64,000 nt of DNA from an uncultured Phycisphaerales bacterium (GCA_963758525.1 CAVWVQ010000003.1:480001-544000); one strand, 5' to 3'. Positions 51,503-61,068 are shown, numbered from the stretch's first letter. The notes: generated by a model from the sequence alone, not told the origin. Numbers and translations: made by a program.

Positions 51503-54364
51503 TTGGCAAAAGGCATTCGAGTCAACCAGTTGGCAAAAGAGCTCGGCATCGAGAGCAAGGCGATTCTCGCCAAGTGCCGCGATGAAGGGTTGGCAGACAA
51601 AGTCGTCAACCACATGAGCATGATCAGTATCGGTCTGGCGGAGACCGTGCGCGAATGGTTCGCCGGCGGCGGCGGGGTGAGCACCGCTGTCGAAACGGCC
51701 CCTCCGGTCGAGACGACCCGGGTGAAACGCACGGCCAGGAAGAAGAAAAGCGAATTCGACGAGGCCGGACCGTCAGAGACTGTGGTTGCGGAGCCGGCCG
51801 AGACGCCCGTGCCCGTCGAGATCGCGCCCGAGCCGGTGGTCATCGCAGAAGCGCCGGTCGTTGCGCCGCCCCCGCCGGAACCCGAACCGGTTCAGGTGGA
51901 GGCAGCACCGATTGCACCACCGGTGCTCCCCGAGGAGCCGCCTGTCGCGGAGCCGGTTGCACCGCTCGCGCCGGCGCCCGCACAACCCCTCAAGCCCGCC
52001 GCGACGGTGACGCACCCTGTGAGCGCGCCCGGCGGCAAGCCGCAAGGGCCCGCTGCACCGGCTGATCCCAATCGTCCGGCGCTGTCGCGCCCCACCATCA
52101 CGTTAAGCAATCGCGGGACCGGGCCGTCGATCGTCGAGCGCAAGCCGGTGGTCATCGCCCCGAAGCTGATGACGCTGGAGCCCGCCAGGATCAGCGGGCC
52201 GACCGTCGTGCGCGTCGAGAAGCCGGATAACATTCCCGCGCCGCGCGCGCGCCGCCCGGTCGGTCAGGGCAGCGACGCCCCAACCTTCACCGCCCAGGCG
52301 CGTCCCCAGGCGGGTCGTGGGGTCAAGCCCGCGGAGGACGATGAGGAAGCGGAAGCAAAGAAAAAGGCCGCCGCGAACGCCAAGAGCGGCCGGACCCTTT
52401 CCAACCGCCGGCGCGGCCCCGACGGGCGCCGCGGCGACGCCGTGGAAAAACTCCGCGAATTCACCGATCAGGATCTGGAAGAGCGGCGCACGCGTCTCAA
52501 CGCCGCCGCGTCGGCCCGGGCCGCGTTCAACCGGCATATCGAAGGCGCCCGCACGCGCGGCACGCACATCCAGATGAAGACCGCCGCCGAAAGCGGCGCT
52601 CCGGTCGACATCGAAGAGCCGATTACGGTCAAGAATCTTTCCGCCGCCTTGGGCATCAAGAGCAACGACATCGTCAAGAAGCTCTTCCTGCAGGGAATCG
52701 GGAACGTCACGATCAACTCGTCGCTCGACCGCGACACCGCCGGGGCAATCGCGCTGGAATACGGCGTTGAGCTGCATATCCAGGAGGAGTCGACTCTTGA
52801 GGATCGGTTCCTCGCCGAGTTCGAGTCCCGCGAGGTCGATCCGGAGAAGCAGGTCTGGCGGCCTCCGGTGGTCACGATCCTCGGGCACGTCGACCACGGC
52901 AAGACCAGCCTGCTCGACAAGATCCGCAAGGCCAATGTTGCCGCGGGCGAAGCGGGCGGCATCACGCAGCACACCGCCGCATGGATGGTGACCCTCGGCG
53001 ACAAGAAGATCACGTTTATCGACACTCCCGGCCACCAGGCATTCACCGCCATGCGCGCCCGCGGGGCAAACATGACGGACGTGGTCGTGCTCGTGGTCGG
53101 CGCGGCGGAAGGCGTTCAGCCGCAGACGATCGAGTCGATTAATCACGCCAAGGCGGCGGGTGTCCCGATCGTCGTGGCGCTCAACAAGATCGATCGCCCC
53201 GACGCGAATGTGAACGCCGTGCTCGGTCAGCTTGCCGGCAACGGGCTGAATCCCGTCGAATATGGCGGCGATACTGAAGTCGTGCGAACCAGCGCCGTCA
53301 CCGGACAGGGAATTCCCGAACTGCTGGAAATTCTCGATCTCCAGAGCCAGATCATGGATCTCAAGGCAGATCCCACCGCCCCGTCGCGCGGAACGGTGAT
53401 CGAATCGCGGGTTGATCCGGGGCTTGGTCCGGTCGCAACCGTGCTGGTGCAGAATGGCACGCTGCACGTCGGCGATGTCGTGATCTGCGGGCCCGGCTAT
53501 GGGCGCGTGCGCATGCTCCTCAACGATCTGGGCAAGCATATTCAGGAAGCCGGCCCGTCGACCCCCGTGGTCCTCAGCGGGCTCGATGTGCTGCCGTCCG
53601 CGGGCGACAAATACTTCACGATGACTGACATCGATGAAGCCCGCAATATCGCCGAAGAGCGGCAATCGCAGGTCCGCCAGGCGTCACTTGCCGGCAAGAG
53701 CCAGGTCACGCTGGAGAACCTCTTCGACACGATGAAGGCCAGCGACATCAAGACCATCAACCTGATCATCAAGGCTGACGTGCAGGGATCGGTGGAGACG
53801 CTGCAGAAGACGGTCACCGACGCCAACACCGACGAGGTGAAGGTGCGCGTGATTCACGCGGCGGTGGGCGGCATCACCGAGAGCGACGTGGAACTGGCCG
53901 ACGCGTCCAACGCGGTCATCATTGGCTTCCACGTGGTGCCGGATGAAACGGCAAGAGCGATGGCCGAGCAACGGCGCGTGGAGATTCGCCTGTATCGCGT
54001 CATCTACGAGATTTTCGACGACCTCAAGAAGGCCCTTTCGGGTCTGCTCGAACCGGAAGTCCGCGAAAAACTTCACGGCCACGCGGAAGTCCGCAAGGTC
54101 TACAAAGTGTCGAGAGTCGGCAACATCGGCGGCTGCTTCGTCACCGACGGCCACATCCAGCGCGGCAGCAAGATCCGCCTGTCCCGCGGCGGCATCGTCA
54201 TCACCGATGATCTCGCGATCGAGTCGCTCAAGCGCCTCAAGGACGATGCCAAGGAAGTCAAAGCCGGCCTGGAATGCGGCATCAAGCTCGCCGGTTACGA
54301 CGACATCAAGGAGGGCGACATCCTGGAAGCGTACATCCGGGAGATGATTCAGAGGACGCTGTAG
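51503..54364 (+). CDS. infB: Translation initiation factor IF-2
   Basis: [41 protein letters not shown] start with SD AGGAG. Confidence 0.97.
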   Translation: MAKGIRVNQLAKELGIESKAILAKCRDEGLADKVVNHMSMISIGLAETVREWFAGGGGVSTAVETAPPVETTRVKRTARKKKSEFDEAGPSETVVAEPAETPVPVEIAPEPVVIAEAPVVAPPPPEPEPVQVEAAPIAPPVLPEEPPVAEPVAPLAPAPAQPLKPAATVTHPVSAPGGKPQGPAAPADPNRPALSRPTITLSNRGTGPSIVERKPVVIAPKLMTLEPARISGPTVVRVEKPDNIPAPRARRPVGQGSDAPTFTAQARPQAGRGVKPAEDDEEAEAKKKAAANAKSGRTLSNRRRGPDGRRGDAVEKLREFTDQDLEERRTRLNAAASARAAFNRHIEGARTRGTHIQMKTAAESGAPVDIEEPITVKNLSAALGIKSNDIVKKLFLQGIGNVTINSSLDRDTAGAIALEYGVELHIQEESTLEDRFLAEFESREVDPEKQVWRPPVVTILGHVDHGKTSLLDKIRKANVAAGEAGGITQHTAAWMVTLGDKKITFIDTPGHQAFTAMRARGANMTDVVVLVVGAAEGVQPQTIESINHAKAAGVPIVVALNKIDRPDANVNAVLGQLAGNGLNPVEYGGDTEVVRTSAVTGQGIPELLEILDLQSQIMDLKADPTAPSRGTVIESRVDPGLGPVATVLVQNGTLHVGDVVICGPGYGRVRMLLNDLGKHIQEAGPSTPVVLSGLDVLPSAGDKYFTMTDIDEARNIAEERQSQVRQASLAGKSQVTLENLFDTMKASDIKTINLIIKADVQGSVETLQKTVTDANTDEVKVRVIHAAVGGITESDVELADASNAVIIGFHVVPDETARAMAEQRRVEIRLYRVIYEIFDDLKKALSGLLEPEVREKLHGHAEVRKVYKVSRVGNIGGCFVTDGHIQRGSKIRLSRGGIVITDDLAIESLKRLKDDAKEVKAGLECGIKLAGYDDIKEGDILEAYIREMIQRTL

Positions 54365-54473
54365 GCCGGTGATTGGTGATTGGTGATTGGAACGTGACAA
54401 GACGAGGATCCGCGAAGCACTCGATTATCGTTCTGCCACTCTTGTCACGTTCCACGTTCCAATCACCAGAACC

Positions 54474-54755
54474 ATGACGATCGGCATTCTACAGCTTGAG
54501 ATCGAAATCCCCGATGCCATGTCGCTCAAAGACAAGCGGCGGGTGGTGAAGAGTCTGATCGACAAGATCGCCCACGGGCACAACGTTTCGATCGCGGAGA
54601 TCGGCGCGCTGGACGAGCATCGCCGCAGCATTATCGGCCTGGCGATGGTCGCCAACGACCGCCGCTACGTTGAAGGCGGCCTGAGCAAACTGGTGGATTT
54701 CGTACGCAACGATGTCAGAGTAAACCTGATCGATTTTCAAACGGAGATGTTGTGA
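54474..54755 (+). CDS. DUF503 family protein
   Basis: SLKDKRRVVKSL, NVSIAE; typical position between infB and rbfA. Confidence 0.9.
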   Translation: MTIGILQLEIEIPDAMSLKDKRRVVKSLIDKIAHGHNVSIAEIGALDEHRRSIIGLAMVANDRRYVEGGLSKLVDFVRNDVRVNLIDFQTEML

Positions 54756-54762
54756 GGAAGAC

Positions 54763-54865
54763 AGGGACAAAGGGACAGAGGGACAGAGGGACAAAGTGGA
54801 AGACTTTGTCCGCCAGTTTCTTGTCTTTCACTTCGTCCCTTTGTCCCTTCGTCCCTTTGTCCCTT
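54763..54865. repeat. Inverted GGGACAAA/TTTGTCCC octamer arrays
   Basis: Same unit family occurs inside rimO at 31097-31230. Confidence 0.8.
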
Positions 54866-54892
54866 TCCTTCCCCCAGTTTTGACCCCACACA

Positions 54893-55273
54893 ATGTCCCG
54901 TCGCACCGAACGCGTTGGCAGCACGATCCGCCAGGAACTGGCGCAGATCATCCTGCGCCAATTGAACGATCCGCGGCTGACGGGGCTTCCCAGCATCACG
55001 CGCGTGAAAGTGAGTCCGGATCTGTCGGTGGCCGACGTATATGTCACCATCATGGGAACCGCCGGACAGCAGTCGGCCGCGCTCAACGCGCTGCGGCATT
55101 CGGCGGGAATGATGCGGGCGAAGCTGACGCAGTCGATCGCGCTGCGGCAGGCGCCGTTTCTTAAGTTTCACATCGATGAGAATCTCAAAAAAGAACTGGC
55201 CGTTCTGGACCTGCTTCGCAAGGTGGAACTGGAACGCGAGCAACAGGAACCGGAAACCGAAAACGAAACATGA
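54893..55273 (+). CDS. rbfA: Ribosome-binding factor A
   Basis: RTERV...DPRL...ITRVKVSPDL...LRQAPFLKFHID. Confidence 0.95.
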   Translation: MSRRTERVGSTIRQELAQIILRQLNDPRLTGLPSITRVKVSPDLSVADVYVTIMGTAGQQSAALNALRHSAGMMRAKLTQSIALRQAPFLKFHIDENLKKELAVLDLLRKVELEREQQEPETENET

Positions 55274-55893
55274 AGAACGCAACGAAACACGCTGACGAAT
55301 TGAAATCGCTCTTCCGCCGGCTCGTGAAAGAGTGGAAACCCGCTCCGCGCGAGCCGCAGGAAGCCCTGCGGGCATTGGTGCGCGGAGCGATGTCATATGA
55401 CATGCCCGACTCCAAGGCCGCCGAGGCGATGCGCCACATTCAGGAGGAGTTCGTCGACCTCAACGAGCTTCGCGTTGCCACCGACCTGGAAATTCACGAG
55501 CTGCTGGGGGTGCGCTATCCGGCCATCGAGCAGCGCGTGGCCATGATCACGCTGTCGCTCAACAACATCTTTGAGCGCGAGCACACGATGAATCTCGAAC
55601 GGCTCAAAGGCGTGAGCAAGCGCGACGCCCGCCAGTTTCTCCGGGAATTGCCGGAGATTCATCCGTTCGTGGAAGCCTATGTGATGCTCTATGCCTTTGA
55701 TGGGCACTCTTTCCCCATCGACAATGAAATCCTCGCCTTGTTGCGCGAGCATGAGATTGTCGATGAACAGACGCCCCTGGAAGAAGCGCAGCGGTTTGTC
55801 GAGCATCATCTGAAAGCGGAGGAGTGCTACGAGTTTTTCGTGGCGATTCGCCAGGAACTGATGCAGGATCACAAGGGAAAGAAGAAGAAGTAA
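55270..55893 (+). CDS. Conserved hypothetical protein, endonuclease III/HhH-GPD-like fold
   Basis: FVDLNELRVA, FDGHSFPID; ATGA overlap with rbfA; no FeS cysteines. Confidence 0.65.
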   Translation: MKNATKHADELKSLFRRLVKEWKPAPREPQEALRALVRGAMSYDMPDSKAAEAMRHIQEEFVDLNELRVATDLEIHELLGVRYPAIEQRVAMITLSLNNIFEREHTMNLERLKGVSKRDARQFLRELPEIHPFVEAYVMLYAFDGHSFPIDNEILALLREHEIVDEQTPLEEAQRFVEHHLKAEECYEFFVAIRQELMQDHKGKKKK

Positions 55894-56177
55894 GGAGAAG
55901 GCCCGGAGGCACAGAGGCACGGAGGCACAGAGGCACGGAGGCACGAAGGGAAGACGAAAAAAATGAGAAGGCACGAAGACACCGAGGCGCGGAGGAACGA
56001 AGGGAAAAGCAGCAGAGATGGCGCGGACAATTCCGGCGCTTCTGCTCTTCCCTTCGTGCCCGCATGCCAGCGTGCCTCCGTGCCTCTCCTCACTTCGACT
56101 CTTCCCTTCGTGCCTTCGTGCCTTCGTGCCTTTCCTCACTTCCACTCTTCCCTTCGTGCTTTGGTGCCTTACCACAT

Positions 56178-57069
56178 ATGACCGACCGACTTCCCAATGA
56201 CACGCTTCGGCTCGGCCTGCCCAGCGGAAGCCTTCAGACAGCAACCATCGACTTGTTCGGCGCGCTGGCTACCACGTTTCGCTGCAGGATCGCAGCGTTT
56301 TTCCGCGCATTGACGACGACCAGCTTTCGGCGGTGCTGTTTCGCACCAGGAGATCAGCCGGTACGTGGTCGATGACATCGTCGACTGCGGATTGACCGGC
56401 TACGACTGGATCGTCGAAAACGGCAACGAACAGGACGTGGTGGAAATCTGCCAGTTGAGCTATTCGCGGGCGTCGGCCAATCCGGTGCGCTGGGTGCTCG
56501 CCGTCCCCGAGGAAAGTGCCATCCGCGATCCGAAGGATTTTGAGGGGAAGATCATCGCCACGGAACTGGTCAGCACCACGCGCCGCTATTTTGCATCGCG
56601 CGGGATCAACGTGACCGTCGAATTTTCCTGGGGCACCACCGAGATCAAAGCCCGGCTGCTCGACGGCATCGTCGAGTCCACCGAAACCGGCTCTTCATTG
56701 CGGGCCAATAATCTGCGCATCGTCGATACGCTGCTGACCAGCACCACGCGGTTCGTCTCCAGCAAACGCTCCTGGGCCGTCGCCTGGAAACGCGAGAAGA
56801 TGGAGAACATGGCCATGCTTCTGCGCGGCGCGATCGAAGCGCGTGCCAAGGTCGGTCTGAAGATGAACGTCCCCGAAGCCCGGCTGCAGGAAATCATCGC
56901 GTTTCTGCCCGCGGAGAAAAGTCCGACTGTGAGTCGACTCGCGGATAGCGACTGGGTGGCAGTGGAAGTCATCCTCGAAGAACGCCAGGAGCGCGAGTTG
57001 ATTCCTTCATTGAAGCGCGCGGGGGCGACGGGGATTATCACGTATCCGCTGAATAAGGTCATCCCCTGA
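56178..57069 (+). CDS. hisG: ATP phosphoribosyltransferase, long form (apparent frameshifts near 56260 and 56345)
   Basis: [44 protein letters not shown] regulatory domain. Confidence 0.93.
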
Positions 57070-57090
57070 ATAGAGCTGTAGACGATTTTC

Positions 57091-57258
57091 CCGTAGGGTC
57101 CGCTCGAGGGCGCCAAGAGGCGAAAGTTTGACAAACGGCGATATCGCCCTCGTGCGGACCATCGGGGTGCGCCGCGCCCGATGGTCCGCAGAAGAGCCGA
57201 TTGCACTCATTTCTTCGAACCACGTTTCTCGTGCGGCTCTTCAACGGACCCTACGCGC
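57091..57258. repeat. ~167-bp GTAG...CTAC palindromic element, copy 1
   Basis: ccgtagggtccgctcgagggcgccaagagg...cggaccctacgcgc; near-identical to 57961-58127. Confidence 0.9.
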
Positions 57259-57305
57259 TTGACATGTTCCGACATATCGCGAGATAATGTACAGAACTCA
57301 GTACA
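57259..57305 (+). promoter_or_regulatory. Sigma70-like promoter and TA operator palindrome
   Basis: TTGACA-N18-GATAAT, overlapped by TGTAC-N8-GTACA. Confidence 0.7.
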
Positions 57306-57324
57306 ATGCTCCGATGAGGTGTCC

Positions 57325-57618
57325 GTGACCCGCAGCTCAGATATCACCAGCTTTACCGACTTTCGTGCGCATCTGCGCGATCACCTGAACGAACGGAAGG
57401 CAACAAGCCGGCCGCTATTTGTCACCACCAACGGCGAAACCGAAGCCGTTGTGCTCTCCCCCACCGCGTTCGATGAGCTGATGGACCAGGCTGAATTGGC
57501 GAAAAGCCTTGCAATGCTTGACCGGAGCATGGAGGACGTAGAAGCCGGACGCGGTCAACCGCTGAAACAAGCTGTTCGCGATATTTGCGCAGAGCTTGGA
57601 CTGAAGCTCGCTCGCTGA
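57325..57618 (+). CDS. Phd/YefM-family antitoxin
   Basis: ITSFTDFRAHL...PLFVTTNGETEAVVLSP; SD GAGGTG before GTG. Confidence 0.88.
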   Translation: MTRSSDITSFTDFRAHLRDHLNERKATSRPLFVTTNGETEAVVLSPTAFDELMDQAELAKSLAMLDRSMEDVEAGRGQPLKQAVRDICAELGLKLAR

Positions 57619-57956
57619 GCTACCGTGTCTTTGTTACCCCCGCCGCTCGCGCCGAGATTCTGGAACGCGCCCGCTATATTGCCGTTGACTGCCAAGCTCC
57701 ACTCAGTGCGGCACGATGGCTTGAACAAATATTTGCCGCCGCAGACACGTTGGCCGATTTCCCGCGCCGCTGTGCTCTGGCGCCGGAGAACGCTTTTCGA
57801 AACTACGAAATTCGTCGCCTATTGATCGGCGACTACTTTCTGTTATTCACGATTGTCGAAAGCGATCAAACGGTGTGGGCGATCGGCTTTCGGCATGGCA
57901 GCCGCTTGCCCCGCCCGGATGAGTTGCCTGATTCGCCTCCTCGCGAGGAGGGGTGA
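57615..57956 (+). CDS. RelE/ParE-family toxin
   Basis: SYRVFVTPAARAEI...LADFPRRC...IRRL...FRHGSR; start inferred at CTG overlapping the antitoxin stop. Confidence 0.85.
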   Translation: MSYRVFVTPAARAEILERARYIAVDCQAPLSAARWLEQIFAAADTLADFPRRCALAPENAFRNYEIRRLLIGDYFLLFTIVESDQTVWAIGFRHGSRLPRPDELPDSPPREEG

Positions 57957-57960
57957 TTAG

Positions 57961-58127
57961 CCGTAGGGTCCGCTCGAGGGCGCCAAGAGGCGAAAGCATG
58001 ACAGACTTGGGCCATCGCCCTCGTGCGGACCATCGGGGTGCGCCACGCGGATGGTCCGCAGAAGAGCCGCGTCGCACTCTTCCTTGAACCACGCTTCTCG
58101 TGCGGCTCTTCAGCGGACCCTACGCGC
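57961..58127. repeat. ~167-bp GTAG...CTAC palindromic element, copy 2
   Basis: Direct repeat of 57091-57258. Confidence 0.9.
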
Positions 58128-58509
58128 CTATCGCTCAAGGCAATATGGGGCTGTAACACAAATTGACATTGGTGGCGATTGGTACAATAAGCCGGAATGT
58201 CATTCGCGTAGGGCGGGATTCATCCCGCCGTCTCCTTCCTTAGTAACTTCGATTGCTCTATATGGATTCTGCGTTCATTGGTCTCTCGGAGTGGTGCTCG
58301 TAGTTTTCGCGTTTGCCGCATACTTTCGAGCGAAGCGGCTCCTTGCACCGGGGCGTTGAGCGGATGATGCTGCGGGCTGAGCGTTCAGAGTGGGTGTACC
58401 AACCCACCGTCCCCTCATTCTATGACTTGGCGATTTGCCGTAGGGCCTATCGCTCAAGGGAATATGAAGCTGTAACACAAATTGACATTGGTGGCGATTG
58501 GTACAATAA
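58126..58509 (+). repeat. 65-bp direct repeat containing promoter-like boxes (58126-58190 and 58445-58509)
   Basis: gcctatcgctcaagg...ttgacattggtggcgattggtacaataa, 3 mismatches. Confidence 0.88.
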
Positions 58510-58516
58510 TTTTGAC

Positions 58517-59431
58517 ATGTCCACTCGAACGAGTCTGAACGTCTCTCTAACTCCCGAGCTCGACCAGTTCGTTCAACAGCGGGTCGCGACCGGCCGCTAT
58601 CAAACCGCCAGCGAGGTCGTCCGTGAGGGTCTTCGCCTCGTTCTGCAGGACAGCCGCGGAACGCACGACCTGCGCATCTCCCCTTGGCACGGTCCAGAGA
58701 ATTGCGTCGGTTGACAACATCTCCGTGGTCAGGCATGACGCCGCATACATGCTGTTGGTAGAGAAACAAGGCATTTTCAATCGCTTGAAACAGGACGGAT
58801 TCGCCGAACAGCATCGTTGCGTGATGCTGAGCGGCAACGGGTATCCTGGCCTGTCATTTCGCCGGGTCATCCACACGCTGCACCAACAACTCCGCATCCC
58901 GCTCTATGTCTTGGCTGACAATGACCCGGCCGGTTACGAGATGTTCTTCCTCGTTACGCGCGGCTCCGCTCGCACCACTGGGAGCATCAGGGCCGCTTCG
59001 GCAGTTCCAGGAGCGGCGTTCGTCGGCGTGCAGGTCCGCGACTACGGATTGTTCTCTCTGCCGGATGACGCCGGCATCACATTGAACGAGGAGGAGCGGC
59101 TACAATTATTGCGTCTCAAGTCTTGCACGTGGTTGCGACAAGACCCGCTTTGGCAACGAGAATTTGACCAGCTGTTGGAACGCGGGTTTAAGGTAGAGAT
59201 GGAAGCGTTTTGTTTCTTTCGCTCTCGTTCATGGCGTCGTCGTACCTGCCAGACCGCATTGCGCGGCTAACCACCTTTGGGCTCCGCGAAGCGGCCAGGC
59301 GTGATGCGTTCGCCGTTCCCCCTGGTACGACGCAGCAAACCAGCGGGGATGAATCCTGCCCTACTGCGATTGACCACCCCGTCACCTCGTTGGCTCCGTG
59401 GAACTCGAAGCCCGCTTTTGCTACGATGTGA
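58517..59431 (+). CDS. ParD-type RHH antitoxin N-terminus joined to topoisomerase VI-A/Spo11 TOPRIM domain (two apparent frameshifts; fusion or pseudogene)
   Basis: LNVSLTPELDQFV...GRYQTASEVVREGLR; LLVEKQGIFNRL, SGNGYP, LADNDPAG, KVEMEA, YLPDRI; 3' end uncertain. Confidence 0.65.
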
Positions 59432-59433
59432 GT

Positions 59434-59507
59434 GCTGAGGTAGCTCAGTTGGCTAGAGCGTCGGGTTGTGGTCCCGAAGGTCACGGGTTCGAGCCCCGTC
59501 CTCAGTA
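59434..59507 (+). tRNA. tRNA-His(GTG), no encoded G-1 or CCA, G1.U72, A73
   Basis: Cloverleaf: acceptor gctgagg/cctcagt, D arm gctc/gagc, anticodon stem tcggg/cccga with GTG at 59468-70, T arm acggg-ttcgagc-cccgt. Confidence 0.95.
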
Positions 59508-59525
59508 TTCCCCCTTTTTTGAATT

Positions 59526-61039
59526 ATGGCAGATTCTGCTGCACCAACCAGCGACCTCGTCGCCCCGGAAACGCTCAAGGGTTTTCAAGACCTTTTGCCG
59601 CGGGAGATGATTCTGCGCAACAGCGTCGTCCGCAAGATCCAGGCGGTCTATGAGAAATTCGGCTTCCTGCCGATCGATACTCCTGCCCTGGAATACCTCG
59701 CGACGCTCATCGGAACCGGCGGCGACGAGACGAATAAATCGCTGTTCCGCCTGGAGAGCCCCGAGGCGGATCAGATCGCGATGCGGTTCGATCTGACGGT
59801 GCCATTCGCCCGGCTGATCGCGCAATATCCGGACAAGCTCACGCTGCCGTTCCGGCGGTATCACATCGGGCCGGTGTTTCGGGTGGACAAGCCGGGGCCT
59901 GGGCGTTTTCGGCAGTTTACGCAGTTCGATATCGACGCGGCCGGGTCGAAGAACATTGCCGTTGACGGAGAGATCGTTGCAGCCATGACCGAGGCGTTGC
60001 GCTCCGTCGGCTTCAGCAATGATGCCACCGCAGACGCGAAGCGGCGGTTTGAGATTCGCGTCAACAACCGCAAACTGATGGATGCGGCGCTGCTCGACGC
60101 CGACATCTCCAGCCCGCAGACCGCGACGCACGTGCTGCGCGTGATCGACAAGCTGCTGAAGGTTGGCGTGGACAATATTCGCCGCGAGCTGGGGGAGGGA
60201 CGAACTGATGAATCGGGCGACCGCATCCGCGGCGTTGGCCTTTCGCCTGCAGTGATCGACAGGGTGCTCGCCTTTATCGATATCCGCGGCACGTCGCGCC
60301 ATGAAGTGGTGGAGCAACTGCGAAAGAAGCTTTCCGATTCGGAAGCCAGCCGCGAGGCGCTGCTCCAGATGGAGCAGTTGAGCGGCGCGCTGGACAATCT
60401 TGGAGTGAGCGAAAGCGAAGCGGTGTTCGATCCGAGTCTCGCCCGCGGGCTGGATTATTACACCGGGCCGGTATTCGAGGCATGGCTGCCGGGCGCGCCG
60501 GAATTCGGCTCGATCATGGGCGGGGGCGCTACGACGGTCTGGTGAAGCGCTTCTCAAATCTCGCGATCCCCGCAACGGGCGCGTCGATCGGCATCGATCG
60601 ATTCCTGGCTGCCGTCAGCGCGCTGGGAATTGCGGACGCTCCCGCGACGACGGTCAAGGTGCTGGTGATCGCGATGGCGGGCATGCCGGTCGGCCCCCTG
60701 CTGGCAATTGCCTCCGAGCTTCGCCGCGCCGAGATTGCCACGCAGCTATTCTTCCCGCCTGATGTGGAGGGGCCGGGCATCGCCAATAAGACCTCCATGA
60801 AAAAGCAGATGTCGTACGCCAATGCCGCGGGGATTCCGGTTGCGATCATCGTCGGTGAAAATGAGATTGCCGCGGGGCAGGTTTCAATCAAGGATCTCGA
60901 CGCGGGCAAGGAGCAGCGCGCGGGCATCAGCGGTCGTGACGAGTACAAGGAAGCCGGCAAAAGCGGTCAGGTCACCGTCGCCCGCGGCGACATGATTCGC
61001 ATCGTTCGCGAAATGCTGGGGGCGGCATCTGGACGCTAA
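59526..61039 (+). CDS. hisS: Histidine--tRNA ligase (apparent frameshift near 60525)
   Basis: MRFDLTVPFAR, FRVDKPGPGRFRQFTQFDID, ARGLDYYTG, GG(G)RYDGL, GASIGIDR, anticodon-binding domain. Confidence 0.95.
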
Positions 61040-61068
61040 TAACCGGTGCGTAAGCAGCGGGAGCCGGC

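Noticed and set aside
57091..58127. Canonical integron attC sites
   Set aside because: Ends are GTAG/CTAC REP-type rather than RYYYAAC/GTTRRRY, and no integrase is in the window
49859..61039. nusA, hisG and hisS as pseudogenes or programmed frameshifts
   Set aside because: Core genes otherwise intact; breaks share a GCGC context without slippery heptamers, so sequencing error is more likely
59526..61039. HisZ rather than HisS, given proximity to hisG
   Set aside because: Retains full catalytic motifs and the anticodon-binding domain; HisG is the long form that does not need HisZ
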